Below, in pieces: positions 1 to 10,157 of a stretch of DNA of 64,000 nt. The stretch spans positions 125,026 to 189,025 of the forward strand of contig JAWKUY010000004.1 in assembly GCA_041398345.1 (NCBI GenBank), in the 5' to 3' direction. The position numbers and the translations under genes are program-made. The notes below the pieces were generated by a model. The model ran no database searches, was not told where the DNA came from, and worked only from the letters and a program-made list of their open reading frames with translations. Position 1 is the stretch's first letter. Each line of letters begins with the position of its first letter. The DNA is from Hyphomonadaceae bacterium. GTDB taxonomy: Bacteria > Pseudomonadota > Alphaproteobacteria > Caulobacterales > Aquidulcibacteraceae.

Positions 1-131
1 GCGGCGCCGGAGATCGCCACGGCCAGCATCGCCAAGGCGGGCATGCCGCAACAAAAGGCGTGCATCCCCATGACCGCGGCATGGGCGAGATGGGCCCCGC
101 GCCCCGATTGCGCACTGTTATGTTGTAACAT
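1..131 (-). CDS. Partial His/Cys-containing membrane protein (MerC-like metal transport family?); runs off the window edge
   Basis: Read manually: GGAGG RBS, then ATG at 131 giving MLQHNSAQSGRGAHLAHAAVMGMHAFCCGMPALAMLAVAISGA; hydrophobic with an HxxCC motif; not in the ORF track. Confidence 0.6.
   Translation of the reverse strand, partial: MLQHNSAQSGRGAHLAHAAVMGMHAFCCGMPALAMLAVAISGA
116..130. promoter_or_regulatory. Zur-box-like palindrome
   Basis: TGTTA-TGTTG-TAACA inverted repeat overlapping the start codon of the His/Cys membrane gene; resembles the proteobacterial Zur core TGTTATxxxATAACA. Confidence 0.55.
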
Positions 132-520
132 CACCTCCAAGTACGCATGTCCTCGCCCACCGTCAAGGCGCGGGAAGCGGTGTCAGAGATTTCACCATTA
201 TCACCCGCATTCATCTTGCTGCCGTCACAGGATGCGCGCAGAAAGAGAGGCAGAGGTCGAGGACGATGTTTGCGTTTTTGATAGCGGTTCGCGACGTTCT
301 GGTGGCCATGGCGCTCGCCTGGGTGGGCGTCTCGCTTCAGGCGGCGGGCGAACGGCAGTCCGCTTGCGCCGGCGAGGCCTGCCAACAGGATGCCGATCGC
401 TAATTTTTGAATCCGCCTAACCATATGGGCGCTTGCGCTTGCCTGCGCCCGCCCTTCAATGGCCTTACTTCTTTCGTTTCCGTTTCAGCCTGACGCGCGC
501 GTGCGCGTGATGGGATCGAT

Positions 521-2152
521 ATGACGAGCGAGACGCCTGAAGCCGCAGCGGCGCGCGATCCTGGCGCCATGATCGGCTGGCTTGGCGCAGCCGTCGGCGT
601 GCTTTGGATCGTGGGCAGCCTCGCCGCGGCCGTCGTTCTGATCGGCCCCGGCCGTGTGGGCGCGCTGACCATCCCGGAAGCCGGCGCGGTGGCGGCGGTG
701 GCGGTGCTGCCGGCGATGATGGCTTGGTTCTCCGGCATGGCCGCGCGCGACAGCGCCCGCGCCCGCGCCGAAGCACGCCGCTTGGCCGACGCCGCGGACC
801 GCCTCCTCAACCCCGAACGAAGCGCCGAAAGCGCCGCGCGCCAGCTGGCGCTGACGGTGCGCGGAGAAATCTCGACACTCGATCGCGCGCTTGAAGCTAC
901 GCTGGCCCGGCTGCAGGACGTTGAAGGCCAGATTTCGAAACAAGCGCAAGCCGTCGATGCGATGACGGGCCAAGCCAAGGCCGGCGCCAATCAAATGATC
1001 GCCGGCATGGAGCGCGAGCGCGAAGAACTCATGCGCATATCGCGCGAACTCACCAGTCAGGCCCAAACCATCGGCAACAGCATCTCCAAGCACACCCAAT
1101 CAATCTCAGAAGCCGCGCGGCAAGCCGAAGCCGAGGTTCGCGCCGCCGATCAGGCGCTCGATCATCGCCTGACTTCATTCGGCGCGGCCGCCGCTTTGAT
1201 CAGCGACCGCACCAGCGGGCTTTCGTCGGCGGCGCAAGCCAGCGCCGATTCAGCCTTGCGCCTGGAACAAGCGCTCACCAACGCGCTCGACATCCTGGCG
1301 AAGGCGACGAACCTCACCGACGCCGCGCGCCAATCGGCGGAGGCCGCTTCGCTCGCGGCCAATTCGACCGCGGGGGCCGTACGCGAAACGACCCATCGCG
1401 CCATTGACGACGCCAAACGGGCCGCCGAGCTGATCCGCGGCGAAGCCGTTACAGTCGAGCGTGAGGCCGCCACCGCGCTCGAGCGTCTGCGCGACGCTGC
1501 GGAAGCGGCGCGCAGCGCCGCAATTGGCGCGCGCAGTGCTGTCGAGGACTCCGCGCAGCGTCCGCGCGTGCGCAAGCGCGGCGTCGAGGCCGCGCCCGAC
1601 ACGCCCGGCTACGACCGCTCCTGGCGAGACGAGCCCGATCCGCTCGAAGGACCACGCCCGCCGCGCGAGCCCACAAGCGCGCCGCCGCCGCCGGGGAATT
1701 GGACGTGGCGTGATCTCCTCTCCAATGTCGATGAACCGGCCCAGCGCCCCGCAACGGGGCGCCGCGAAGCGGCGGAAGATCCTGTTGGGCACATGCGCAA
1801 GCAGGTTCCCATGCCGCGCTCGGCGACGGAATCTGCCCTCCCCGTGATCGCCGCCATCGAACGGGCCGGGCTCAACATCGACGAAGCCTTCTCGCCCTCC
1901 GCCCTGGAGCGCATCGCACAACGCGCCCGCGCGGGCACGCAATCGCGCAGGCGCGCCGTCCTTGACGCAGCGCCTGACGCCGTGCGGCGGCTCTCGGAGC
2001 ATTTGAACCAGGACGAGCGCGCCAATCAGGAATCGATGCTGTTCCTGCGCAATGAAGGCGCGCGCATCGCCGAACTGATCGCACGCGGCCGCGCAACCAT
2101 GAGCGCTGAGGCGACGCGCGCTTTTCTGCTACTCGACGCAGCGTCCGGCTGA
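521..2152 (+). CDS. tipN: TipN-like polar landmark protein
   Basis: Two N-terminal TM segments, long Ala-rich coiled coil, WTWRDLL and C-terminal RAFLLLDAA motifs as in Caulobacterales TipN. Confidence 0.65.
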   Translation: MTSETPEAAAARDPGAMIGWLGAAVGVLWIVGSLAAAVVLIGPGRVGALTIPEAGAVAAVAVLPAMMAWFSGMAARDSARARAEARRLADAADRLLNPERSAESAARQLALTVRGEISTLDRALEATLARLQDVEGQISKQAQAVDAMTGQAKAGANQMIAGMEREREELMRISRELTSQAQTIGNSISKHTQSISEAARQAEAEVRAADQALDHRLTSFGAAAALISDRTSGLSSAAQASADSALRLEQALTNALDILAKATNLTDAARQSAEAASLAANSTAGAVRETTHRAIDDAKRAAELIRGEAVTVEREAATALERLRDAAEAARSAAIGARSAVEDSAQRPRVRKRGVEAAPDTPGYDRSWRDEPDPLEGPRPPREPTSAPPPPGNWTWRDLLSNVDEPAQRPATGRREAAEDPVGHMRKQVPMPRSATESALPVIAAIERAGLNIDEAFSPSALERIAQRARAGTQSRRRAVLDAAPDAVRRLSEHLNQDERANQESMLFLRNEGARIAELIARGRATMSAEATRAFLLLDAASG

Positions 2153-2163
2153 TCGGCCAAAGC

Positions 2164-2940
2164 CTAGCGAAGGCCTAGGCGCTTCATTTCCGCTTTTGAA
2201 AGCTGGCGTTTTTCGCAGGCATAAACGCCGGTCCGGCCATAGAGCTCTTCGCCCGCCATCCGCGAAAGTTTGGCGCGGCGGACGACATCAGTGTAGCGCT
2301 CCTCCACCAGGCGGACGCGGCCATCGGGATCTTTGCGGCGGTGACGCTTGATCTTTGCAAGCTTCACTTCCCACCAGGCGCCATCGAAGAGATGAAACTG
2401 GGTCGTCTCATCGACCACACGCATGCGCTCAGCCAGAGCCGCGGCCGCGGCGGCGCGGCGCTCCCGCGAGCGTTTGGCGTAGGAGACGCGCTTGGAATTC
2501 TTGCGCAGCAGCCCCGTACGCGGGTGGACGTAATAGAGACTGTAGTCTTCCGCGAGCGGACGTTCGCCGCCGAACCGCCCAGTGACAAACACAGCGCCGT
2601 CCTTCATGCGCGTCTTGGTCGCGACAAAATCCTGGAGGTGGTCGCGCACGTGCTGCTGAACCGTGGAAGACGGCTTCAGATGGGCGCTGATCTCCGAGTA
2701 GACCTTATTCCATGGGCGGCCGACATTGGCGGCCAGATAGCGCTTGAGCGGATTGAGGGTCTCGTTGAGCGATTTGGTCTTTTGCAGTTTGTCGTGCGCC
2801 GGGGCGCGCGCGCCGCGCACAGCGCGCACCGGTTCGCCGTCGTCATCGCTGACGGCGCGCGTACGGCCTGGGCGGAGGCCCGCCGCCGAGCGGCCCAGGC
2901 GCGGCCGCTCCACAATTACCTTTGACATGTCCTTGCGCAT
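2164..2940 (-). CDS. Conserved basic hypothetical protein
   Basis: 258 aa, N-terminus MRKDMSKVIVERPR, motifs VGRPWNKVYSEI and YYVHPRTGLL; host-like codon usage. Confidence 0.75.
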   Translation of the reverse strand: MRKDMSKVIVERPRLGRSAAGLRPGRTRAVSDDDGEPVRAVRGARAPAHDKLQKTKSLNETLNPLKRYLAANVGRPWNKVYSEISAHLKPSSTVQQHVRDHLQDFVATKTRMKDGAVFVTGRFGGERPLAEDYSLYYVHPRTGLLRKNSKRVSYAKRSRERRAAAAAALAERMRVVDETTQFHLFDGAWWEVKLAKIKRHRRKDPDGRVRLVEERYTDVVRRAKLSRMAGEELYGRTGVYACEKRQLSKAEMKRLGLR

Positions 2941-2995
2941 GGGGCGCGCGGTTTAGGCGCGCGCCCGCATGGCCGCAAGTGAAAAATGCGCAGCT

Positions 2996-4378
2996 TCAGG
3001 CGCGGTCAGGCTTACGCTGCTTGCGGTATTTCGCGGGCGCGCCGCTGTTGGACCACACAGAATTGCCTTTGCGATCGCGGCGATCGCCGTCATCGCGCGC
3101 CCGTGACGGTGCGTGGCCCTGCTTGGCATGGGCGTGGCCGTGCGCCTCTGAAGCGTGATGCTTCTTGGGCGCGTGTTTGCGTGCAGGGTGCGCGCGTTGG
3201 CTGGGCCCCTTAGGGCGCGGAGCGCGTTCATCGGGCTTTGGCGCCCGCAGAGACAAATCCGTTTCCAGCACCGGCACCGCCTGCCGCGTGAGGCGCTCGA
3301 TATCGCGCAGGTAGGCGCGTTCGTCTGGGGCGCAGAAGGAGATCGCCATGCCGCCCTGCCCCGCGCGCGCGGTGCGTCCGATGCGATGCACGTACTGCTC
3401 GGGCACGTTGGGAAGATCGTAATTGATGACGTGGCTGACATCATCGACGTCGATGCCGCGCGCGGCGATCTCGGTGGCGACCAGCAGCCGCGCTTTGCCC
3501 TTCTTGAAAGCGTCGAGCGCACGGGTGCGCTGTCCCTGGCTCTTGTTGCCGTGAATAGCCTCGGCCTCGAATCCGGCGCTCTCCAGCTTTTTCACAACAC
3601 GATCGGCGCCATGTTTGGTGCGGGTGAAGACCAGCGCGCGCTTGATCGATTTGTCGGCCAGGAGCGCGTGCAGCAGGTCCTGCTTCTTGGATTGATCGAT
3701 GTGCACGACCGCCTGCTCGACCCTTTCAGCAGTGGTCGAGGGCGGCGTCACAGCCACGCGCTCTGGATTGTCCAGGAATTGCGCGGCCAACTCGGCGATC
3801 GGCGCCGGCATGGTCGCAGAGAAGAACAAGGTTTGGCGGTGGCGCGGCAGAATGGTCGCGATGCGGCGCAGATCGTGGATGAAGCCCATGTCGAGCATGT
3901 GGTCGGCTTCGTCGAGCACAAGGATCTCGACCTTGTCGAGCCGCACAGAGCGCTGGCTGACATGGTCGAGAAGCCGCCCAGGCGTCGCAACCAGGATATC
4001 GACGCCGCGATAAAGCGCCTGCTTCTGCTTGAACATCGAGGCGCCGCCAAAGACGACCGCGGTCGAGAGGCCAAGGAAGCGGCCATAAGCGCGGAAGCTA
4101 TCGCCGATCTGAGCAGCCAGTTCGCGCGTCGGCGCCAGCACCAAAGTCCGGCATGATTTTTCGCCCGCGTGTTTGCGGTTCTCCATCAGGCGATCGAGGA
4201 TCGGCAATGCGAAGGCTGCGGTCTTGCCGGTGCCGGTTTGGGCGAGGCCGATCAGATCGCGGCCCTTGAGAACGATCGGGATCGCCTGCATCTGAATGGG
4301 GGTCGGCTGGGCATAGCCCTCGGCGTCAAGCGCCTTCAGGATCGGCGCGGAAACGCCGAGGTCTTTGAATTGAGTCAC
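2996..4378 (-). CDS. rhlE: DEAD-box RNA helicase (RhlE-like)
   Basis: Q motif PTPIQ, AQTGTGKT, PTRELA, DEAD, SAT, HRIGRTAR, basic C-terminal tail; GTG start inferred at 4378. Confidence 0.9.
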   Translation of the reverse strand: MTQFKDLGVSAPILKALDAEGYAQPTPIQMQAIPIVLKGRDLIGLAQTGTGKTAAFALPILDRLMENRKHAGEKSCRTLVLAPTRELAAQIGDSFRAYGRFLGLSTAVVFGGASMFKQKQALYRGVDILVATPGRLLDHVSQRSVRLDKVEILVLDEADHMLDMGFIHDLRRIATILPRHRQTLFFSATMPAPIAELAAQFLDNPERVAVTPPSTTAERVEQAVVHIDQSKKQDLLHALLADKSIKRALVFTRTKHGADRVVKKLESAGFEAEAIHGNKSQGQRTRALDAFKKGKARLLVATEIAARGIDVDDVSHVINYDLPNVPEQYVHRIGRTARAGQGGMAISFCAPDERAYLRDIERLTRQAVPVLETDLSLRAPKPDERAPRPKGPSQRAHPARKHAPKKHHASEAHGHAHAKQGHAPSRARDDGDRRDRKGNSVWSNSGAPAKYRKQRKPDRA

Positions 4379-4600
4379 GTAAAGTCTTTCAGCCGGCACG
4401 CGCGCTCGCGTGGGCTCAACAGTTCAGGAACGATGCGACGGCGAAGAAAGGCGGCGAGCTGCTTGATCTTGCGCTCAAAGCCGAACGTCGATGGTGGCGT
4501 TCCGGGGGACCGCGTTCGTGCGTTAGAGCCGCGAACGGTCGCTGGGCGGGCATATGACCGCTAAGGGTTGAGAAGTCAATAACACAAAGGGGCTAGCCGC

Positions 4601-5674
4601 TCAGCCTGCATCGTCGGCCACAAACCCCTTCCACGTCCGCATGTAATTGATGAAAGGCTCGCCCAACCCTTCAGCCCGCAGGTGAGCAGCGCTGACCGGC
4701 AGCGCGATTGAGGCGAAATTGGGATCGGCCTCGACGCGCTTGGGGAAGTCGTGATGCAAAATGGCGCCGCGGCCAATGAGAGCGAAATCAAAACCGGCGG
4801 CCAGAACATCGCGTACATCTTGTGCGCTCGTGATCTTGCCCGCCGCGCCGAGGCGCACAGCGCCCCGCTCAAGCCCGGTAAAGTAAGAAGCGAGCGTGCG
4901 GCCTTGCAACGCTTCGTCGTTCGGCTCCTTGCGCGCGTCCCAAAGCGACATGTCGAGGTAGTCGATTTTCGCCTCGTGCATCAGGCGCTGTGAGACCTCC
5001 ACGATTTCAGGAAGCGCAATGCCCCAGCGCTCGGGAGAAAGCCGCACACCGAGAGAAAAGCTCGCCCCCGTGACGGCGCGCACGCCATCGACAAGTTCAA
5101 ACAGAAGGCGCGCGCGATTTTCCGGCGAGCCGCCGTAAGCGTCCTCGCGGCGGTTGAGTTCGGCGCTCAGGAATGCGCAGATCAGATAACCATGGGCGCC
5201 GTGCAGCTCCACGCCGTCGAACCCAGCGCGTTCAGCGCGCCGCGCGGCGGCGATGAAGCAATCGCGGGCGCGGGCGATGTCATCGAGGGTCATGGCGGCG
5301 GCGCCCAGCTTCTCATCGGCGGATGGGCCCTTCGGCGCCTTCAGCGCGCGCAGGCCCCCGTGATGAAGTTGCGCCACGGCATGGCTTCCTTGCGCCTTGA
5401 TGCCGCTGGCGAGACGCGTCAGCCCAGGCAAATGCTCCTCATCGTGAAAGCCAAGCTGGCCGGGAAAGCCTACGCCCTCCTCCTGCACCGAAGCCGCGCA
5501 CGTCATGGTCAGCGCAAAGCCTCCCTCCGCCCGCATGGTCAGCCACTTGTACTCATCGTCGGACAAAACGCCGTCCGGCGCGCTTTGCAGATTGGTGAGC
5601 GGCGCCAGAGCGAAGCGGTTCTTCAGCGTGGCGCCGGAGCGAAGCGATAGGGGCTCAAACAAATGCATCACCAT
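4601..5674 (-). CDS. NADH:flavin oxidoreductase (Old Yellow Enzyme family)
   Basis: NRFALAPLT, AGFDGVELHGAHGYL, NRREDAYGGS motifs. Confidence 0.9.
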   Translation of the reverse strand: MVMHLFEPLSLRSGATLKNRFALAPLTNLQSAPDGVLSDDEYKWLTMRAEGGFALTMTCAASVQEEGVGFPGQLGFHDEEHLPGLTRLASGIKAQGSHAVAQLHHGGLRALKAPKGPSADEKLGAAAMTLDDIARARDCFIAAARRAERAGFDGVELHGAHGYLICAFLSAELNRREDAYGGSPENRARLLFELVDGVRAVTGASFSLGVRLSPERWGIALPEIVEVSQRLMHEAKIDYLDMSLWDARKEPNDEALQGRTLASYFTGLERGAVRLGAAGKITSAQDVRDVLAAGFDFALIGRGAILHHDFPKRVEADPNFASIALPVSAAHLRAEGLGEPFINYMRTWKGFVADDAG

Positions 5675-5677
5675 CCT

Positions 5678-6526
5678 TCAGGCGCGGGCGCTGACGATCC
5701 AACACGCCGCCGGCAGCGCAACGCCGTCCGGCAATTGGCGCTCCGCCAAAAATTCGGCCAGCGTTCGGCGAGCCGCCGGCACGTCCAGTTTCTGATCGGC
5801 TATGGCGCGCGCGCACGGCCCGATCCTGAGCAGGAACTCGGCGGCTTCATGCGCGTCACCACCGCCGCCGACCAGCACATCGCCATTCCACGGCGCGATG
5901 GCGATATCGCGCCAGCCAGCCGCGCCGAGGATGCGGTTGACCCTGCTGTTGTCCGCGAACGCAAACGGCCCGGGCGCGTCCGGGTCGGGCGGCGACACGG
6001 GCGTCTTGAGCAGCGGCGTCAAAGCCGTCAGCGGCGCATGCGACCACACATTTTCTTCGAAAGACCGCCAGCAAATGAAAACCAGCCGCCCGTCCGGCGC
6101 CATCGCTTCGCGGATCTGCGCAAATGCCGCGGCCGGTTCGTTGAAGAACATGACGCCAAAGCGCGAGAACGCGCCGTCGAACGGCGCCCCTGCTATGGGC
6201 GTCAACCCGACCTCGGCTTCGAGAAATTCGACGTTTGCAGCGCTCGCCTCCGCGCGTTCGCGGGCGCGCGCCAGCAATTGGCGCGAAAGATCAACGCCAA
6301 CGACGCGGCCACCGGGGCCCACTTGACGCGCAGCCGCCAAAGAAGTGGCGCCCGCCCCGCACCCTATGTCCAGCACGCTCTCGCCCGGCTGAAGCGCGAG
6401 GAGTTCGAACGTGGGCGCCGTCATAGGCTGCAGCATCCGATCCATGCGGTCGGCGTGGCTGGCCCATTCCTCGCCAACCTTGGAATTCCAATATTCCTGC
6501 TGCGAAGGCCGTGCGGGCTCAGGCAT
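5678..6526 (-). CDS. Class I SAM-dependent methyltransferase
   Basis: VLDIGCGAG motif I, SRFGVMFF, PGPFAFAD. Confidence 0.9.
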   Translation of the reverse strand: MPEPARPSQQEYWNSKVGEEWASHADRMDRMLQPMTAPTFELLALQPGESVLDIGCGAGATSLAAARQVGPGGRVVGVDLSRQLLARARERAEASAANVEFLEAEVGLTPIAGAPFDGAFSRFGVMFFNEPAAAFAQIREAMAPDGRLVFICWRSFEENVWSHAPLTALTPLLKTPVSPPDPDAPGPFAFADNSRVNRILGAAGWRDIAIAPWNGDVLVGGGGDAHEAAEFLLRIGPCARAIADQKLDVPAARRTLAEFLAERQLPDGVALPAACWIVSARA

Positions 6527-6540
6527 GTCTGACGCCCGCC

Positions 6541-8748
6541 TCAAGCCGCCTTTTTCTCCTTTGCGCCGAAGCGCTCGTAGAAGCTCTCGTTCTTGGCGGC
6601 CATGTCGCGCAGGAGTTTGGGCGGTTCGAAGCGGGGGCCGTATTGCTTGGCCAGACGATCGGCCTCCTCAACGAATTTCTTCGTTCCCCAGAACAGATCC
6701 ATGTAGGAGATGCAGCCGCCCGAATACGGCGCAAAGCCCCAGGCCAAGATCGATCCGACATCGGCATCACGCGGATCGGTGATCACGCCCTCTTCGAAGC
6801 AGCGCGCCACTTCGATGCATTGGCGGAACAGGAAGCGCTTGGTGAGCTCCTCCTTCATCGCCGGCGGGCACTCCTTTACCTTCACTTCGATCTTCTCGGA
6901 AAGCCCAGGCCAGATGCGCGCCGGCTTGCCATCCTCGCCGTACTCATAATAGCCCTTGCCGCCCTTGCGGCCGACGCGGCCCTTATCCTCAACAATCCAG
7001 GACAGCAGATTGGCGCGCGGATCCTTCTTGTAGTCCTGCTGCGAAAGCTCGGCGTTGGTCTTGCCGATCTTCAACGCGGTATCGAGGCCAACGCTGTCGG
7101 AGACTTCGAGCGGCCCCATCGGCATGCCGCATTGGCGCCCGACATTCTCGATGATCGCCGGGGCTATGCCTTCCATCAGCATCTCGACGCCCTCGGCGGG
7201 ATAGGTGCCGAAGCAGCGCGAGGTGTAGAAGCCGCGATGATCGTTGACGACAATCGGCGTCTTGCGAATTTTCAGAACGTAGTCGATGGCCTTGGCCAAG
7301 GTCTCGTCGGTGGTATCTTTGCCGCGAATGAGTTCGACCAGGCCCATGCGCTCGACCGGCGAGAAGAAGTGGATGCCGATGAAATTCTTCGGGCGAACGC
7401 TCGCCTCCGCCAAGCCCGTAATCGGCAGCGTTGAAGTGTTGGAGCCGAACACGGCGGTCTCTGCGAGATATGCCTCAGCCTTCTTGGTCACGTCGGCCTT
7501 GAGCTGCACGTTCTCGAACACCGCCTCGACGACAAGATCGGCGCCCTTGATCAAACTGTAATCCGTCGAGGGCGTGATGCGCGCGAGCAATTCCTCGCCC
7601 TTCTCCTTTGTGATTTTGCCGCGTGAGACATCCTTATCCACGATGCGCTGCGAATAGGCTTTGCCCTTCTCGGCGCTCTCCTGGCTGACATCGAGCAACA
7701 CGGTCTCGACACCGGCTTTGGCCTGCACGTAGGCGATGCCCGCGCCCATGAGCCCCGCGCCCAGCACCGCCACCTTCTTGATCTCATAGGTCGGGAAGCC
7801 CTCGGGCCGGTTGCCGCCCTTGCCGAGCGCCTGCATCGAGACAAACAGCGAGCGGATCATCCCCTTGGCTTGCGGCGTGTTGGCGGTCTTGATGAAATAA
7901 CGGCTCTCGATCCGGAGCGCTGCGTCGATCGGCACCTGCATGCCTTCATAGATGCAGGACAGAATGTTGCGCTGTGCGGGATAGTTCAGATTGGTCTGCT
8001 TGGAGACCATGGCGTTGCCGCCGACAGCAGCCATGGCGCCGCCAGGGGTGAACGGGCCGTCCTTGACGCGGTAACCTTTCACATCCCACGGCGCGATCGC
8101 TTTCGGATTAGCCTTCACCCAAGCTTTCGCGGCTTCGATGGTTTTGCCCGGCGCCACGACCTCATTGATGAAGCCGAGCGATTTCGCTTCCTGCGGCGGC
8201 TTGTCCTGGCCTTGCAGGATCATCATCGCCGCGTTCTGCACGCCGATCAGGCGCGGCAGACGCTGCGTGCCGCCCGCGCCGGGAAGCAGGCCCACCTTGG
8301 CTTCCGGCAAGCCAAGCTTGATCTTCGGATTGTCGGCAGCGACGCGATAATGGCAGGCGAGCACCATTTCCAGGCCCCCGCCCAGCGCCAGGCCTTCGAT
8401 TGCAGCCGCGACCGGCTTGCCGCAGGTTTCAAGATCGCGATAGGCGCGATTGAGCGAGAAGCTCTGCTCAAACTGCTTCTTCAGCTTCTCGTCTTCCGAG
8501 GCGGGCGCCGCAGCCTGGGCCGCGCCGCGTTGGTTCATCTCTCCAAGATCGGCGCCGGCGCAAAACCCGCTCTCCTTGCCCGAAGCGATCACAGCGCCCT
8601 TGATGTTGGCGTCGGTCTTGATCGTCTTCACCAGTTCGGCGAGATCGCGCATCACCGAAGCCGTGATCGTGTTCATGGAGCGGCCCGGCACGTCAAATGT
8701 GATGAGCGCTATGCCGTCTGCATCGACGTCGATCTTGAAGTTTTCCAT
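6541..8748 (-). CDS. fadJ: Multifunctional 3-hydroxyacyl-CoA dehydrogenase / enoyl-CoA hydratase (FadJ/FadB-type)
   Basis: FCAGADL, ALGGGLE, PGAGGTQRLPR crotonase domain; GAGLMGAGIA, SNTSTL, HFFSPV dehydrogenase domain; start set to MENFKIDV. Confidence 0.9.
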   Translation of the reverse strand: MENFKIDVDADGIALITFDVPGRSMNTITASVMRDLAELVKTIKTDANIKGAVIASGKESGFCAGADLGEMNQRGAAQAAAPASEDEKLKKQFEQSFSLNRAYRDLETCGKPVAAAIEGLALGGGLEMVLACHYRVAADNPKIKLGLPEAKVGLLPGAGGTQRLPRLIGVQNAAMMILQGQDKPPQEAKSLGFINEVVAPGKTIEAAKAWVKANPKAIAPWDVKGYRVKDGPFTPGGAMAAVGGNAMVSKQTNLNYPAQRNILSCIYEGMQVPIDAALRIESRYFIKTANTPQAKGMIRSLFVSMQALGKGGNRPEGFPTYEIKKVAVLGAGLMGAGIAYVQAKAGVETVLLDVSQESAEKGKAYSQRIVDKDVSRGKITKEKGEELLARITPSTDYSLIKGADLVVEAVFENVQLKADVTKKAEAYLAETAVFGSNTSTLPITGLAEASVRPKNFIGIHFFSPVERMGLVELIRGKDTTDETLAKAIDYVLKIRKTPIVVNDHRGFYTSRCFGTYPAEGVEMLMEGIAPAIIENVGRQCGMPMGPLEVSDSVGLDTALKIGKTNAELSQQDYKKDPRANLLSWIVEDKGRVGRKGGKGYYEYGEDGKPARIWPGLSEKIEVKVKECPPAMKEELTKRFLFRQCIEVARCFEEGVITDPRDADVGSILAWGFAPYSGGCISYMDLFWGTKKFVEEADRLAKQYGPRFEPPKLLRDMAAKNESFYERFGAKEKKAA

Positions 8749-8810
8749 CGGACCTACCCTCTTGTTTGTGATTGAACGCGGGCGGCGCAGGCCGCCCGCG
8801 CTCACGTTTG

Positions 8811-10025
8811 CTAGTTGACCCGCTCGATCACGGTCGCGGTGCCCATGCCGGCGCCGACGCACAGCGTGATCAGCGCGCGTTCCTTATCGGCGCGCTCAAG
8901 TTCATCGACCATGGTGCCGAGGATCATCGCCCCGGTTGCGCCAAGCGGATGGCCCATGGCGATAGCGCCGCCATTGACGTTGACCTTCTCCATGTCGAGA
9001 TCGAACGCCTGCACCCAGCGCAGCACCACCGCAGCGAAGGCCTCATTCAACTCCCAAAGGTCGATGTCCTTCTTGCCCATGCCGAGCTTGTCCAACAGCT
9101 TCTTGGTGACGAACTCCGGGCCCGTCAGCATGATTGCCGGTTCCGAACCGATGGAGGCGCCGCCCAGGATGCGCGCGCGCGGCTTGAGGCCAAGCGCTTC
9201 GCCCATCTCCTTGGTCCCAATCAACACCGCGGCTGCGCCGTCGACGATGCCGGAGGAATTGCCGGCATGGTGCACGTGATTGACGCGCTCCACTTCCGGA
9301 TAACGCTGCTGAATGACGGCGTCGAAGCCTGGCATCATCTCGCCTTGCATCTTGAAGCTGGGCTCCAGCGAGGCCAGCGACTGCATCGTGGTGTCTGGGC
9401 GCATGTGCTCGTCATGATCGAGCAACACCGCACCCATCTGATCCTTCACCGCCACGATCGATTTCTTGAACCGGCCTTCCTTCCACGACTTGGCCGCGCG
9501 CTGCTGGCTCTGCACGGCGTAGGCGTCCACGTCATCACGCGAGAAACCGTACTTGGTGGCGATGGTGTCGGCGCCGATGCCCTGCGGCGAGAAATAGGTC
9601 TTCATCGCGATGGAGGGATCGGTCGCCCACGAGCCGCCGCTCGAACCCATCGGCACGCGGCTCATGGCTTCAACCCCGCCGCCGATGGCCATTTCCGCTT
9701 CGCCGGACTTCACCTTGGCGGCGGCGATGTTGCAGGCCTCCAGACCGCTGGCGCAGAAGCGATCCACCTGCACGCCCGCAACCGTTTCAGCGTAATTGGC
9801 GTTCAGCACAGCGATACGGGCGATGTCGGAGCCCTGCTCGCCCACCGGCGAAACGCAGCCGAGATAAACGTCATCGATCTTCGAGGTGTCGAGGCTGTTG
9901 CGGTCCCTGATCGCCGAGAGAGCCTGCGTCGCCAGCGAAAGCGCCGTCACCTCGTGCAGCGAACCGGTGTTCTTGCCCTTGCCGCGCGGGGTGCGCACCG
10001 CGTCATAGATATAAGCTTCACGCAT
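8811..10025 (-). CDS. Acetyl-CoA C-acyltransferase (thiolase)
   Basis: [26 protein letters not shown] motifs. Confidence 0.95.
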   Translation of the reverse strand: MREAYIYDAVRTPRGKGKNTGSLHEVTALSLATQALSAIRDRNSLDTSKIDDVYLGCVSPVGEQGSDIARIAVLNANYAETVAGVQVDRFCASGLEACNIAAAKVKSGEAEMAIGGGVEAMSRVPMGSSGGSWATDPSIAMKTYFSPQGIGADTIATKYGFSRDDVDAYAVQSQQRAAKSWKEGRFKKSIVAVKDQMGAVLLDHDEHMRPDTTMQSLASLEPSFKMQGEMMPGFDAVIQQRYPEVERVNHVHHAGNSSGIVDGAAAVLIGTKEMGEALGLKPRARILGGASIGSEPAIMLTGPEFVTKKLLDKLGMGKKDIDLWELNEAFAAVVLRWVQAFDLDMEKVNVNGGAIAMGHPLGATGAMILGTMVDELERADKERALITLCVGAGMGTATVIERVN

Positions 10026-10157
10026 CGTACTTTACTCCAACTCGCGGCGCGTTCGCGCCGCCGTCGCCCTGGGCGGAACCGGAGTCGTCCCTGGCGCCGA
10101 AGTCTTCGCGCCTACTCCGCTGACCGCTGCTGCCGGGCAGGCAGCAGCGCGGCAAAA

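Noticed and set aside
131-424. 97-aa minus-strand ORF MVRRIQKLAIG..
   Set aside because: No recognisable motif; it lies in the divergent promoter region between the His/Cys membrane gene and tipN. Cannot be supported, though not excluded.
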